Translations under genes and position numbers: made by a program
Source of the DNA: a virus
Length of the DNA stretch: 64,000 bases
IMG/VR virus record: IMGVR_UViG_3300010430_002753
Coordinates: 17,272 to 81,271 of that record
Direction: 5' to 3' (one strand)
The notes under the pieces: model-generated
Databases searched by the model: none
Seen by the model: only the letters and a program-made list of their open reading frames with translations
What the model was told of the DNA's origin: nothing
Shown: piece by piece, positions 28,233 to 39,748 of the stretch
How positions within the stretch are numbered: position 1 is the stretch's first letter
How the letters are laid out: every line of letters starts with the position of its first letter

Positions 28233-28502
28233 ATATATAATTTTGTTTATTAATTTTTATATTTTTAGAGGTATTTAAATATATCATGATCAAATTTGGC
28301 AGGTGTATTTACACAATTAGATTCACTAGTATATAATGATTGATAACTTGTTCTACCAACTAATTCTTTGAGTGTAAGTCCTATTAAATTTTGCCAAACG
28401 TTCATGATTTTTATTTCCTTTATTTTTTTCATTCTAATATAAATATATGAAAAAAATATTTTTATACATTTTTTTAAAGATCTAATTTTTAATTTCTTAA
28501 TC

Positions 28503-28530
28503 ATTATAATTTGATTAAAGATTCTGTCAA
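28503..28530 (-). promoter_or_regulatory. Sigma70-type promoter (repeat family)
   Basis: TTTTTTAGTTGACA-N16-TATAAT. Confidence 0.8.
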
Positions 28531-28538
28531 CTAAAAAA

Positions 28539-28901
28539 TTATTTTTTATTTAATAATTTTAAATTTCTATTAATATTTCTAAATTTAATAACTTCTGGGC
28601 GTTTATAGAACTCTTCTTTTGAATAACTTTTACCATTGATATAATAATATGCATGTTCTATTTCTCCAGATCTATTATACCAAATCATTGCTGGTCCATT
28701 TAATCGGTGTCGTTTTCTATTTATACAATATTGCATAGCTTCTATTTTGCCAGATTTATAATATTTAATCTCTGCGGGACCATATAAATTGTGAATATAA
28801 TCATTTTTGTTATAATACATATCATGCATAATTTTAGTATCTTTATCATCATAATATACAATTCTTCTGTAATTACCATTTTCTAATTCAATTCTTTTCA
28901 T
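28539..28901 (-). CDS. HRLDGPA-repeat protein with C-terminal tag
   Basis: HNLYGPA, HRLNGPA; ends NINRNLKLLNKK. Confidence 0.85.
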   Translation of the reverse strand: MKRIELENGNYRRIVYYDDKDTKIMHDMYYNKNDYIHNLYGPAEIKYYKSGKIEAMQYCINRKRHRLNGPAMIWYNRSGEIEHAYYYINGKSYSKEEFYKRPEVIKFRNINRNLKLLNKK

Positions 28902-28928
28902 AAATTAAACCTTATTGAAGTTAATATT

Positions 28929-29438
28929 TTATTTTTTATTGATAAGTTTAATTCTATTTTCCATATAATCACAAAATTCAGCAAATCTACTATTAGGTGT
29001 AATATAACCATTAAAATCGTGTTGTAATACTCCTAATTCAATAAATGCTACTATAAAATGATTAATATTTTTTGTTGAATCTCCATAAATATGATAACTT
29101 AATTCTTCGATTTTTGCGCCACCATTGTCAGAAATATATTCAATTATTCTTTTATAAAATGTTTCTTTTCTTCCACTATTAAATATTGGAGTATTAAACA
29201 TAAATTTATTTTCATATTTAAATGGTGTTTGACTATTTATATTAATTTTTTTATTAAAAAATGATGTTAATTCATCTTTATCATAACCAATTTGTTTAAA
29301 TTTATTTTCAATACAATTAAAGTTATTTGTTAAAGCATTAATTGCATTTTTTGCAGTTAATCCTAAATTTTTTTGTAAAAAAATTCTAGCTTTTGCAGGT
29401 TCAATCCAATTTCCAAAATCAATTTTTTTATTTCTCAT
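28929..29438 (-). CDS. Hypothetical protein, possibly winged-helix (start at MRNKK)
   Basis: GGAG RBS before ATG 29438; the longer ORF-track start lies inside the promoter; ends ENRIKLINKK. Confidence 0.65.
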   Translation of the reverse strand: MRNKKIDFGNWIEPAKARIFLQKNLGLTAKNAINALTNNFNCIENKFKQIGYDKDELTSFFNKKININSQTPFKYENKFMFNTPIFNSGRKETFYKRIIEYISDNGGAKIEELSYHIYGDSTKNINHFIVAFIELGVLQHDFNGYITPNSRFAEFCDYMENRIKLINKK

Positions 29439-29472
29439 AATCAACTCCAATATATTTTTTATTATTAAATAC

Positions 29473-29501
29473 AATATAACAAATACTAATAAATATGTCA
29501 A
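29473..29501 (-). promoter_or_regulatory. Sigma70-type promoter (repeat family)
   Basis: TTTTTTAGTTGACA-N17-TATATT GTATTT. Confidence 0.8.
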
Positions 29502-29513
29502 CTAAAAAATTAT

Positions 29514-29744
29514 TTATTTTTTAAATTTAATAAAAAACATTATAAAAGCAATTATGAACACAATAGCAGTTATTAATAATGTTGATATTATTGGAATAAA
29601 CGTAATAAATATATCTATATTATTCACAACATTTAATAGTTTTAAAAAATATATAAGTATAGAACAGCATACTCCGAACATATTAAATTGAAATATTGTT
29701 TTTAACGTTACTTGACCCCATAAACTTTTTAAAAATTCTATCAT
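29514..29744 (-). CDS. Small two-helix membrane protein
   Basis: Two hydrophobic segments; GAGG RBS. Confidence 0.6.
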   Translation of the reverse strand: MIEFLKSLWGQVTLKTIFQFNMFGVCCSILIYFLKLLNVVNNIDIFITFIPIISTLLITAIVFIIAFIMFFIKFKK

Positions 29745-29771
29745 TATAACCTCTTTATAATTAATTAAAAA

Positions 29772-29797
29772 TACCCTATTACTATTGTAATAGGGTA
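29772..29797 (-). terminator. Intrinsic terminator after groEL
   Basis: TACCCTATTAC/GTAATAGGGTA stem followed by a T tract. Confidence 0.75.
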
Positions 29798-29810
29798 AAA
29801 TTATATTTAT

Positions 29811-31439
<1,629 letters not shown>

Positions 31440-31462
31440 TTATACCTCTTTATTTATTTATT

Positions 31463-32326
31463 TTAAAATTCTAATTTCCATGTTTTTACGCCATGTAATT
31501 CTCTATCTTCCTTATAAAATGAATCTGTTGTATATATTTTATTGTAAAAAAATAATAACTTATAAGATCCCTTTGAAAAAATACCATGCGATACATATGT
31601 ATATTTATTTTTAAAATTTAAAGTATCTAGTAATAAACCAGTATCTTCTAATGAACTCCCAGTTTCACATATATCATCAAAAACTATTGCTACACCATCA
31701 CTATAATCTTTTACATCTGGTAATATATCAAAATCTAAATTTATAACTTCTTTAGTTTTAGAATCTCTAATTTTTTTCATACCGATAAATTTTATTTCTT
31801 TATCAGGATATCTTGATTCTGCAAATTGGCATAGTGAAGCTAATCTTGGAATAGCACCTTTATCAGGTGCTACAAAATATAATGTTTTAACTTCTTTATT
31901 TAAATTAATAATATCATTTATTGTCTTATCAATATAAGTATAAGCATTTATTAAATTACAGTTTTCTAATGATTCATAAACTACTTGTGAATGTGGATCT
32001 AAAATACTAACAGATTCGTACATTTGAAAATTTATTAATTCTGTCATAGCCTTTACTGAAAATGCTTCTCCTTCTACAAATATTTTATCTTGTCTTGCAT
32101 ATGGAAAATAAGGAATAGTTAAATGTATATTTGGATAATTGTATTCTAAATTTCTTATAGCATTAGTAACTAATAATAATTTAAGTATATCATTAGAATT
32201 TCTTATATTTGCTATAATATTAATATCAATATCATCTACATCAACTAATTCTGTTATACCACCAATATGGACTTCTCCACCATTAAATAGTTTTGATTTA
32301 ACATCATCTAATTTAATATTTTTCAT
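31463..32326 (-). CDS. prs: Ribose-phosphate pyrophosphokinase-like protein (phage Prs/Adps-like)
   Basis: [40 protein letters not shown] and YTTDS motifs. Confidence 0.88.
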   Translation of the reverse strand: MKNIKLDDVKSKLFNGGEVHIGGITELVDVDDIDINIIANIRNSNDILKLLLVTNAIRNLEYNYPNIHLTIPYFPYARQDKIFVEGEAFSVKAMTELINFQMYESVSILDPHSQVVYESLENCNLINAYTYIDKTINDIINLNKEVKTLYFVAPDKGAIPRLASLCQFAESRYPDKEIKFIGMKKIRDSKTKEVINLDFDILPDVKDYSDGVAIVFDDICETGSSLEDTGLLLDTLNFKNKYTYVSHGIFSKGSYKLLFFYNKIYTTDSFYKEDRELHGVKTWKLEF

Positions 32327-32328
32327 TG

Positions 32329-32598
32329 TTATTCCTTATTTAATAATTTTAAGTTTATATTTACGTTTATAATTTTATTTGATTCTATTATCCAATCTTC
32401 TTTTGAATATTCTATGCCGTTTAAAAAATATGTTTCATTTGTTTGTGTTTCAAATATGTTATAAAAAATTCTAGCTGGTCCATCTAATCTATGTATTTCA
32501 TCTTCTAAATTATAATAAATTTCACTGTATTTTGTTGTTTTTTCTATATCCCAATAATTTAATCTTTTATAATTTCCATTTTCTAATTCTATTTTCAT
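32329..32598 (-). CDS. HRLDGPA protein with C-terminal tag
   Basis: HRLDGPA; ends NVNINLKLLNKE. Confidence 0.82.
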   Translation of the reverse strand: MKIELENGNYKRLNYWDIEKTTKYSEIYYNLEDEIHRLDGPARIFYNIFETQTNETYFLNGIEYSKEDWIIESNKIINVNINLKLLNKE

Positions 32599-32600
32599 AA

Positions 32601-33086
32601 TTAAACCTTATTTAATAATCTTAAATTTCTTTGAATATTAACAGTTTTGATATCATTTTTATCTATTATTTTATCTTTATATTTATAAAATTCATAAGCT
32701 ATATTTTTTTCATTATATACATTTTCATAATCTTCGTAATCAATTATTTCTATACATACAGTATCTATAGAATTAATTATTTCATTATTTTCATTTAATT
32801 TTATTATAATATTATTGTAAGAATAAAAATCATCTTCAGGTATATTTTCCTTAACCATAGAATTTTCAATACATATTGTATATTCATCAAATTCAATATG
32901 TATATTATTATTTTTATATTTTATAGTTCCAGTAAAATAATCACTATAATCCTCACAACTTAAAGAAAATCTATCTAAATAAGGAAGTTGTAATAATAAT
33001 TGTAAACCTTTTTCTCCAATAAAATACTCTAAAATTTTATTTAAATCATTTATAAATTTTTCTTTAAATAATAATTCTTTCAACAT
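32601..33086 (-). CDS. Hypothetical protein carrying the C-terminal tag without a GPA repeat
   Basis: Ends NIQRNLRLLNKV. Confidence 0.75.
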   Translation of the reverse strand: MLKELLFKEKFINDLNKILEYFIGEKGLQLLLQLPYLDRFSLSCEDYSDYFTGTIKYKNNNIHIEFDEYTICIENSMVKENIPEDDFYSYNNIIIKLNENNEIINSIDTVCIEIIDYEDYENVYNEKNIAYEFYKYKDKIIDKNDIKTVNIQRNLRLLNKV

Positions 33087-33089
33087 TAA

Positions 33090-33401
33090 TTAATCCTTTT
33101 GCAATAACCTTAAATTTCTTTGTATATTAAATTCTTTTTCTGAACATCTTGTATTATCAATATAAAAAGATTCACAAAATACTTTTTCATTTTCATCATA
33201 CCAAATACAAGATGGACCGTTTAATCTATGAACAAATCCATGTTTATTCCATTCTTTATAAGCTATATTATTATTACTGTCGTAACATATTTTACTTGGT
33301 TTATCATTATAAGAATGAAGAAAACCTTCTTCGTCTAATAATTCTAATCTAATCAATTTAAATAATTTATTATATATTTTTTTATATTTAATGTTTAACA
33401 T
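33090..33401 (-). CDS. HRLDGPA-repeat protein with C-terminal tag
   Basis: HSYNDKPS, HRLNGPS; ends NIQRNLRLLQKD. Confidence 0.8.
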   Translation of the reverse strand: MLNIKYKKIYNKLFKLIRLELLDEEGFLHSYNDKPSKICYDSNNNIAYKEWNKHGFVHRLNGPSCIWYDENEKVFCESFYIDNTRCSEKEFNIQRNLRLLQKD

Positions 33402-34134
33402 ACCCGTGTTTTCTCATTTCACTAAGAATTTCAGATTTTTTATTTAATACTTTATCAAATAATGTTTGTAATTTATTAGCTGGTTTACCATTGTTATGTT
33501 TACTTATAATTTGTAAACGTAATTCGTGAGCTCTTTTCATTAAAGAATTATATAATTCTCTATATTCAGACTTTGATAATTCATCATTAATATCTTCTTC
33601 AGAAATGCTTTTTTGTTTTTTAATTTTTTTAAGTTCTTCTTTAAACGTATATTTTTTATCAGAGCTTTTATCAGGTAAAGATCTATAATATTTATCCATA
33701 CCTTTTTTATCTTTTTCATAACATTTAAATGCTTTACTTCTTGTGGTATGTTTCTTTTTACATACAAGACAGCCTGTATTAAAATGTTTTTCACTAGATA
33801 ATGTAAATTTTTTATTACTACTATAATCTGGCAATGATCTAAAATACCATTCTGTTTTATCTTCTGTTTCACCGCCAAATAATTGAGATTCTTCCCAACA
33901 CTTATATGCCTTTGCTCTACTTACGTGTTTTTTACCGCAAATAGGACAATGTTGTATTACACCATAGTCTTTTTTCTTTTCTTCTACAACATCTTTAAAT
34001 TCTGGATATTCTCTACTACCTCTTAATGTATTATAATAATCTACCATTTCTGGCTTTAATAGATAAAAATCCATTAAACATTTATGAGCCTGTCTTCTTG
34101 TTGTATGAGATTTACTACATACTGGACAATTCAT
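33388..34134 (-). CDS. Protein with three CxxC-x3-H-x8-C putative zinc-finger repeats
   Basis: CPVCSKSHTTRRQAHKC, CPICGKKHVSRAKAYKC, CLVCKKKHTTRSKAFKC. Confidence 0.8.
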   Translation of the reverse strand: MNCPVCSKSHTTRRQAHKCLMDFYLLKPEMVDYYNTLRGSREYPEFKDVVEEKKKDYGVIQHCPICGKKHVSRAKAYKCWEESQLFGGETEDKTEWYFRSLPDYSSNKKFTLSSEKHFNTGCLVCKKKHTTRSKAFKCYEKDKKGMDKYYRSLPDKSSDKKYTFKEELKKIKKQKSISEEDINDELSKSEYRELYNSLMKRAHELRLQIISKHNNGKPANKLQTLFDKVLNKKSEILSEMRKHGYVKH

Positions 34135-34166
34135 TAATTCTCCTTTTTTAAATCTTAATTTTATAT

Positions 34167-34194
34167 ATTATACATTTATATAAAATAATGTCAA
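34167..34194 (-). promoter_or_regulatory. Sigma70-type promoter (repeat family)
   Basis: TAGTTGACA-N16-TATAAT. Confidence 0.78.
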
Positions 34195-34401
34195 CTACTT
34201 TTTATTTAATAGTCTAAAATTTCTATTAATATTTCTTATGTTATTTAACTCTTTTTTAAAATCAAATAGTGGATTATACAATTCATAAAATGAAATAAAT
34301 AATAAATCAATTGATTCATTTTCAATTTCACAAAGTTGATCATCTGAATATTTTGATAGTCTATTTAGAACTGCTTTTAAGATTTTATTTTTATTTCTCA
34401 T
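34195..34401 (-). CDS. 68-aa protein carrying the C-terminal tag without a GPA repeat
   Basis: Ends NINRNFRLLNKK. Confidence 0.7.
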   Translation of the reverse strand: MRNKNKILKAVLNRLSKYSDDQLCEIENESIDLLFISFYELYNPLFDFKKELNNIRNINRNFRLLNKK

Positions 34402-34422
34402 ATTAATTCCTATATAAATAAA

Positions 34423-34444
34423 AAAGGAGATGTTAATCTCCTTT
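34423..34444 (-). terminator. Intrinsic terminator
   Basis: AAAGGAGAT/ATCTCCTTT stem followed by a T tract. Confidence 0.7.
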
Positions 34445-34462
34445 AATATTTATTTTTATAAA

Positions 34463-34846
34463 TTATACTTTAAGTTCATCTAACAGTTTTTGTAATTCTT
34501 CTTTAGTTTTACCTTTAATTTCTTCATCTTCTTTTTCTGCTATTAAACTTTTAATTCTATTAGCCTTTGCTTTATTTTCAATTGCAATTTTTCTATTATC
34601 TTTTTCTTCTGATTTTGCTTTGATAATATATAAAACAATATCAAATTTTAAATTCAATTCAGTTGATTCATTTGTTCTTGTAGTAATAAAGCTTTCTTCT
34701 GCTACATCTTTTTTAGCTTTATTTAATTCAATAGCAATTTCATCTAATTGTTTTAATGTCAAACTCCATAAATCTTCAACTTGTAACATACCTTTTTTTG
34801 ATTCAAAACGTAATCTCATTCTTAATGCTTGTTCAAATATATTCAT
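34463..34846 (-). CDS. Phage hypothetical helical protein (MNIFEQALRMRLRF...EDLWSL)
   Basis: ORF with AGGAG RBS, cotranscribed with the 682-aa gene. Confidence 0.75.
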   Translation of the reverse strand: MNIFEQALRMRLRFESKKGMLQVEDLWSLTLKQLDEIAIELNKAKKDVAEESFITTRTNESTELNLKFDIVLYIIKAKSEEKDNRKIAIENKAKANRIKSLIAEKEDEEIKGKTKEELQKLLDELKV

Positions 34847-34865
34847 AATATTTCTCCTTATTTTT

Positions 34866-36914
34866 TTAAAATTTAATTTTTAATATTCTGTTAAAATTAC
34901 CTTCAACTTTAACAACCAATTCATTTCTTTTAGTTTCTGAAAATCCTAAACCAGATAATTGATTATCAGAATATTCAGCTGACATTTTTGATCCTAATGC
35001 TTCAAATAATCGTTTATTTGACATTAACTCTTCATTTAAAAATTCATTATAGAATCCTCTAGTTCTAACAGGATTTTTACAATCTTTTAAAAAGAATAAA
35101 TAATGTTTATTGCCCGTAGTTTTGTTATCCCAATAATTTGGACTATACATAATAGTTGAAACATCTACAAAATTATTAGTTTTAATATTCCAAATATCTT
35201 TTGAAGAACATGAACTCTCAATTAATGGTTCAACTATAAACTCACCATTTTTAAGTGTTACGTTTGCAACTTTTACAGTTTGGTCATTACGTAATTCTTT
35301 ATTGTATGAAAATTCATAAATTTTTCCATCAACTTCTAATTCAGCTGTAAATCCTGTTTTACCACCATTATGAGAATAATTATGAACTGATAATATATAT
35401 TTTCCTTCATCCATTGTATGTTTATTTGGGAATGTTATGTTTTCAACTGCTCCATTTGGTGCTTGAGTATATGGTCGCCTTATATCAACATCTAATTGAC
35501 CGCCATTGCTCATTTTACAAGGTTTTTTATATGTATTAAACGCTATTGTTTTTCCACAAGGACATTTTAAATGAGCGTCAAAATCATTATTATTTTCATT
35601 ATTGTCGTTCCACATTATACTATATCTAAAATCACCGTCAACTGCACCACCAAACTTTTTAACTAATTTTTTCATTGAACTATCTGCAATGTTACCATTG
35701 TAACTCCAACAAAAATTATTATCCCATTTAAACATTGATTTAGAATCTTTATTTTGTGGACCAATAAGACTAACTAAGTTATTAGTATGTTTACTATCTA
35801 ATAATACTTTAATATTTTTAGATTTAGGCAAAACATCGTTAATAAAATCTGTAATACTAATTTCTTCAACTTTATCAAATTTCTTTGGATTTTCAGTTAC
35901 TTCAGATTTTAATTCATCAAAAATAGATGTATTTACTTTTTCAACATCTCTATTAATATAAATAATATTATTTGCTGTGATATCATCCAATGTTGCAAAT
36001 TTTCTTTGTAGTGAATCTTCAAAACCTAATTCTTTAATTTGTTGTTCAGCTTTTTCTACCATCTTTTTTGTAAAAATTGCTTTAGGTCTTTTGTAATTTT
36101 CAGGTGCTACAACATTTTTTTCATATTTCCTTACTGCTTCATTTATATCTACATTATTTGACAAATCTATTAATAATGTTCCAATTGCAGAATTTCGTAT
36201 TCTACATACTCTATTATCAATTGAATTTTTCCAATACCAATTATCATTTTCTACATGTAATTTTTTATATTTCAAAAATTCTTCAATTGAAATTTTATAT
36301 TCAATACCTTTATATAATGATTTTTGTGCAATCAATTCTAAAATAGTTTCAGCTGCATCTACTGTTAATTCTGTCATTGCTCTTTGTAATAACTGTTTAT
36401 TTTCTTTATGTTTACCTTGAATAGCTTCAACAGAATATCGTAAATTGCTACTAACAAATTTATTAGGTAATACTAAGTTAAAATGGTCCCAAGAAATAGT
36501 TGAATTGTCTTCTAACAATTCTTTATTATTTGCTGTTCCTAACTTATTATTAATTGTAATAAATTTATTATAAATTACTTTAGAATCAATATAATTTTTT
36601 AATTCTTTTGCAACAATATTGTATGGATATTCTAAATCTTCAATATCCCAAATATTTTTAGTTTCATTATTTGAATCAATAATAACAATATTTCCAAAAT
36701 GTTGAATAAATTGTCTACAACATGAACAATCAAATTCTCTATGTTCTCTGTAGATCTCATTAGTTCCTTCTGGAAATGAATCAAGATATAAATTCCAAAA
36801 TTTTTCTTTGTCAATATTTGCTAAAAATAAATGTTTTTCATCTTTAGAAATATTTGTAAATCTTTCTTGAACTGCTTGTTTAAACTTAATAAAATCTGCC
36901 ATGTTTTCCTCCAC
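34866..36914 (-). CDS. Large phage hypothetical protein with a YfaP/DUF2135-like domain
   Basis: DCSCCRQF N-terminal motif; DFDAH...LDVD...AVENI motif. Confidence 0.7.
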   Translation of the reverse strand: MEENMADFIKFKQAVQERFTNISKDEKHLFLANIDKEKFWNLYLDSFPEGTNEIYREHREFDCSCCRQFIQHFGNIVIIDSNNETKNIWDIEDLEYPYNIVAKELKNYIDSKVIYNKFITINNKLGTANNKELLEDNSTISWDHFNLVLPNKFVSSNLRYSVEAIQGKHKENKQLLQRAMTELTVDAAETILELIAQKSLYKGIEYKISIEEFLKYKKLHVENDNWYWKNSIDNRVCRIRNSAIGTLLIDLSNNVDINEAVRKYEKNVVAPENYKRPKAIFTKKMVEKAEQQIKELGFEDSLQRKFATLDDITANNIIYINRDVEKVNTSIFDELKSEVTENPKKFDKVEEISITDFINDVLPKSKNIKVLLDSKHTNNLVSLIGPQNKDSKSMFKWDNNFCWSYNGNIADSSMKKLVKKFGGAVDGDFRYSIMWNDNNENNNDFDAHLKCPCGKTIAFNTYKKPCKMSNGGQLDVDIRRPYTQAPNGAVENITFPNKHTMDEGKYILSVHNYSHNGGKTGFTAELEVDGKIYEFSYNKELRNDQTVKVANVTLKNGEFIVEPLIESSCSSKDIWNIKTNNFVDVSTIMYSPNYWDNKTTGNKHYLFFLKDCKNPVRTRGFYNEFLNEELMSNKRLFEALGSKMSAEYSDNQLSGLGFSETKRNELVVKVEGNFNRILKIKF

Positions 36915-36932
36915 TATTTTTTAATTATTACT

Positions 36933-36960
36933 AATTTAATATATCTATATTTTTTGTCAA
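36933..36960 (-). promoter_or_regulatory. Sigma70-type promoter (repeat family)
   Basis: TTTTTTAGTTGACA with a TAAATT-like -10 box. Confidence 0.65.
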
Positions 36961-36972
36961 CTAAAAAATTAA

Positions 36973-37314
36973 TTATTTTATTGGGTTATTAAATTTATTT
37001 TTTAATATTAAAAATAATCTATATAATAATTTGCAAATAAAAATGATTATTAAAATAAAAGTTATCATTGATGTCAATATTGGTAGTATAGAACATATCA
37101 TAGCTACCCAAAATACAGATATATTTTTTATTTCATCATACACACCAGTTTCTGTAAATAACCATTCGCTTTTAACTATTGTAGATGTTTTATTTGTTAA
37201 CAAATATAATATATTATTTACATTTATTTGTAATTTATTAAATTTACAAACACTTATTAATAATACTGTTAAATTAATTAACATACACATAAAATATATT
37301 GTTAAAAAAATCAT
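36973..37314 (-). CDS. Membrane protein (start at MIFLT)
   Basis: Two long hydrophobic segments; GGAGGTTATTATG. Confidence 0.65.
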   Translation of the reverse strand: MIFLTIYFMCMLINLTVLLISVCKFNKLQINVNNILYLLTNKTSTIVKSEWLFTETGVYDEIKNISVFWVAMICSILPILTSMITFILIIIFICKLLYRLFLILKNKFNNPIK

Positions 37315-37346
37315 AATAACCTCCAAGTTATTTTATTTATAAATAC

Positions 37347-37375
37347 AATGTAAATAACATATAAAAATCTGTCAA
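37347..37375 (-). promoter_or_regulatory. Sigma70-type promoter (repeat family)
   Basis: TTTTTTAGTTGACA-N17-TACATT plus GTATTTATAAAT leader. Confidence 0.8.
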
Positions 37376-37383
37376 CTAAAAAA

Positions 37384-37698
37384 TTATTTTTTATTTAATA
37401 ACTTTAAGTTTCTTATAATATTTGCTTCTTTTTTCCAATCGTCAATATTATTAAAACGTATACCATTTATATAATACCATCCACCATATATTTCTCCAGA
37501 TTCATAATATCTAATCTCAGCTGGTCCATCTAATCTGTGTAATTTATTATTTATATAATATGTTTCAGTTCTTATTTCTCCAGATTCATTATACCAAATA
37601 GATGCTGGACCGTCAATTCTATGTTTTTTACCATTTTTATAAAATTCTAGTTTTTTAACAGTTTCACCATTTTTATAATATTCAATTATTTCTTCCAC
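37384..37698 (-). CDS. HRLDGPA-repeat protein with C-terminal tag
   Basis: HRIDGPA, HRLDGPA; ends NIIRNLKLLNKK. Confidence 0.85.
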   Translation of the reverse strand: MEEIIEYYKNGETVKKLEFYKNGKKHRIDGPASIWYNESGEIRTETYYINNKLHRLDGPAEIRYYESGEIYGGWYYINGIRFNNIDDWKKEANIIRNLKLLNKK

Positions 37699-37700
37699 AA

Positions 37701-39101
37701 TTAAACCTTATTTAAAAGTTTTAATAATTCTTCTTTAGATATATTAGGATTTTCCATAAAAATATCTTCAGCTTTTCTCATATACTCACCAACTTTAATT
37801 CCTGGTTTAATATTAAATGTATTAATAATATCTTTTCCAGAAATAGGCATTGATACTGGTTCATGTTTTTCTTTTAGTTCAGCAATTCTTTTTGCTATAT
37901 TCGGAACTTGATAAGGTAAACAATGTTCAGGTGCATGAGAAATATTATCTGCGTGAATAACTTCTAATAATTCTGTTAATAGATTACCTGATAATTTAAT
38001 TAACTTTCTTATTGATTTATCTTTAATGTTTAAAGTTTCATTTCCCCATTGTTTAGTATGCATATGATTTTTGACAATAAAAGAAACACTATCAACTATT
38101 TCATTCTCATACTTTAATCTTTTTAAAATATCAATAACCATAGTTTCACTAAGAGTATTATGATCTATAAAACTATAATCATTTTTATCAGAATTCCATA
38201 CTCTAGTTTTTAATTTACCAATATCATGTAATAACGCAGATAGTCTAACAACTAATTTATTTTCATTTTCTAGTATTGGTTTTTTAACAACGGCTTGTAA
38301 TACGTCAAATAAATGATTAAATAAATCTGCAGAATGATATTCGTTTTGTTTAAAATCTATAGTTTCAATTAATTCTGGAATAATATAATTAATTAATCCA
38401 GTTTTTACTAAATAATATAATCCATTTAAACAATTATCAGATAACATTATTTTTGTAAATTCACTATTAATTCTCTCTTTTGATAAAATTTCTGTAGATT
38501 TATAATTTCTAATTATTGAATCGTATACATCTTTAGTTAATTTAAATCCTCTTGTAGAAAATCTAATAGCTCTTAACATTCTTAAAGGATCTTCTTTAAA
38601 AATACTATCAGGATCTGATGTTGTATTTAAAACATTATTACCTAAATCATTAATACCATTTCCAGTAAAATCTTCTAATTTATTTAAAGATATATTATAC
38701 ATTAAAGAATTAATAGTAAAATCTCTTCTTACTGCATCTTGCTCTATTGTTCCAAATTTAACTAATGGTTTTCTACTACCTTCTTCATACGCTTCTTGCC
38801 TACTCATCACAGATTCAAAATCTAAATCACTATTAGGTAATCTAAAATTAGCAGTTCCAAATCTTCCAAAGATTACTGGATTGCTATCTTTTTTATATAC
38901 TCCTAATTTCCTTGTTAAATATTCTGCTAATGCAACACCACCCATTGGTAAATTTACAACAATATCAATATCTTTAATTTCTTTCTTTTTTAACAAAATA
39001 TCTCTTACCGCGCCACCTACTATATATACCTTATTCTCAAATTGAGTATCTATAATATGCTTATTGATACTTTCAGATATTTTAAATAATCTTTCTAACA
39101 T
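37701..39101 (-). CDS. cca: CCA-adding tRNA nucleotidyltransferase with HD domain
   Basis: VGGAVRD, DIDIV, RRDFTIN, EDPLRMLRAIRF, ERINSE and LLHDIGK motifs. Confidence 0.93.
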   Translation of the reverse strand: MLERLFKISESINKHIIDTQFENKVYIVGGAVRDILLKKKEIKDIDIVVNLPMGGVALAEYLTRKLGVYKKDSNPVIFGRFGTANFRLPNSDLDFESVMSRQEAYEEGSRKPLVKFGTIEQDAVRRDFTINSLMYNISLNKLEDFTGNGINDLGNNVLNTTSDPDSIFKEDPLRMLRAIRFSTRGFKLTKDVYDSIIRNYKSTEILSKERINSEFTKIMLSDNCLNGLYYLVKTGLINYIIPELIETIDFKQNEYHSADLFNHLFDVLQAVVKKPILENENKLVVRLSALLHDIGKLKTRVWNSDKNDYSFIDHNTLSETMVIDILKRLKYENEIVDSVSFIVKNHMHTKQWGNETLNIKDKSIRKLIKLSGNLLTELLEVIHADNISHAPEHCLPYQVPNIAKRIAELKEKHEPVSMPISGKDIINTFNIKPGIKVGEYMRKAEDIFMENPNISKEELLKLLNKV

Positions 39102-39126
39102 ATAACCTCCAAATATTTATAAATAC

Positions 39127-39155
39127 AATATATCTAATTTTAAAATTTATGTCAA
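39127..39155 (-). promoter_or_regulatory. Sigma70-type promoter (repeat family)
   Basis: TTTTTTAGTTGACA-N17-TATATT plus GTATTTATAAAT leader. Confidence 0.82.
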
Positions 39156-39163
39156 CTAAAAAA

Positions 39164-39424
39164 TTATTTTTTATTTAATAATTTTAAATTTCTATTTATA
39201 TTAATTAGTTTATTAAATTCTTCTTTTTCATATTCGTTTCCATTTAAATAATAATATTCACTAATAATTCCACCATTTTTATGATGCCAAATTACAGTTG
39301 GCCCGTCTAATCTATGTCTTTCATCTTTTGAATTATAATAACATTCACTTTCTATTTTTTTTTCTTCTTTATCATAATATCTTATGTTTTTATAACAATC
39401 ATTTCCTAATTTTATAATTTTCAT
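39164..39424 (-). CDS. HRLDGPA protein with C-terminal tag
   Basis: HRLDGPT; ends NINRNLKLLNKK. Confidence 0.85.
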   Translation of the reverse strand: MKIIKLGNDCYKNIRYYDKEEKKIESECYYNSKDERHRLDGPTVIWHHKNGGIISEYYYLNGNEYEKEEFNKLININRNLKLLNKK

Positions 39425-39433
39425 AATTAAACT

Positions 39434-39589
39434 TTATTTAACACAGCTATATTTATCTCTAAAATTTCGTTTTTCTTCATCACTCATTAATTTCCATTGT
39501 TTTTTTAATCTTTGATAATAAGATCTTTTATCAATTGGATTATCATAATCAACAACTTTTTTTAAAAATTTTAATACTGTTTTTCTCAT
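39434..39589 (-). CDS. 51-aa basic hypothetical protein (MRKTVLKFLKK...)
   Basis: Translated by hand; GGAAG RBS; fills the operon gap. Confidence 0.6.
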   Translation of the reverse strand: MRKTVLKFLKKVVDYDNPIDKRSYYQRLKKQWKLMSDEEKRNFRDKYSCVK

Positions 39590-39604
39590 TATATACTTCC
39601 AATA

Positions 39605-39739
39605 TTATTTGTTTTTATTGCCATCACGCTCTTTAAAGTTTTCACATTCATCTGTTTTAACTACAGTTCCTTTTTTACTTGATTTACAAGTATTATAATT
39701 TTCACATTTTCCACATTTAACTCTAAACATATTTCTCAT
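39605..39739 (-). CDS. 44-aa Cys4 mini-protein (CGKC-x5-C-x13-C)
   Basis: Translated by hand; AGGAG RBS overlapping the upstream stop. Confidence 0.6.
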   Translation of the reverse strand: MRNMFRVKCGKCENYNTCKSSKKGTVVKTDECENFKERDGNKNK

Positions 39740-39748
39740 AGTATTCTC

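Noticed and set aside
33540-33878. Alternate-frame minus-strand ORFs inside genes (also 36632-36814)
   Set aside because: Nested in better-supported genes with no RBS or motif.
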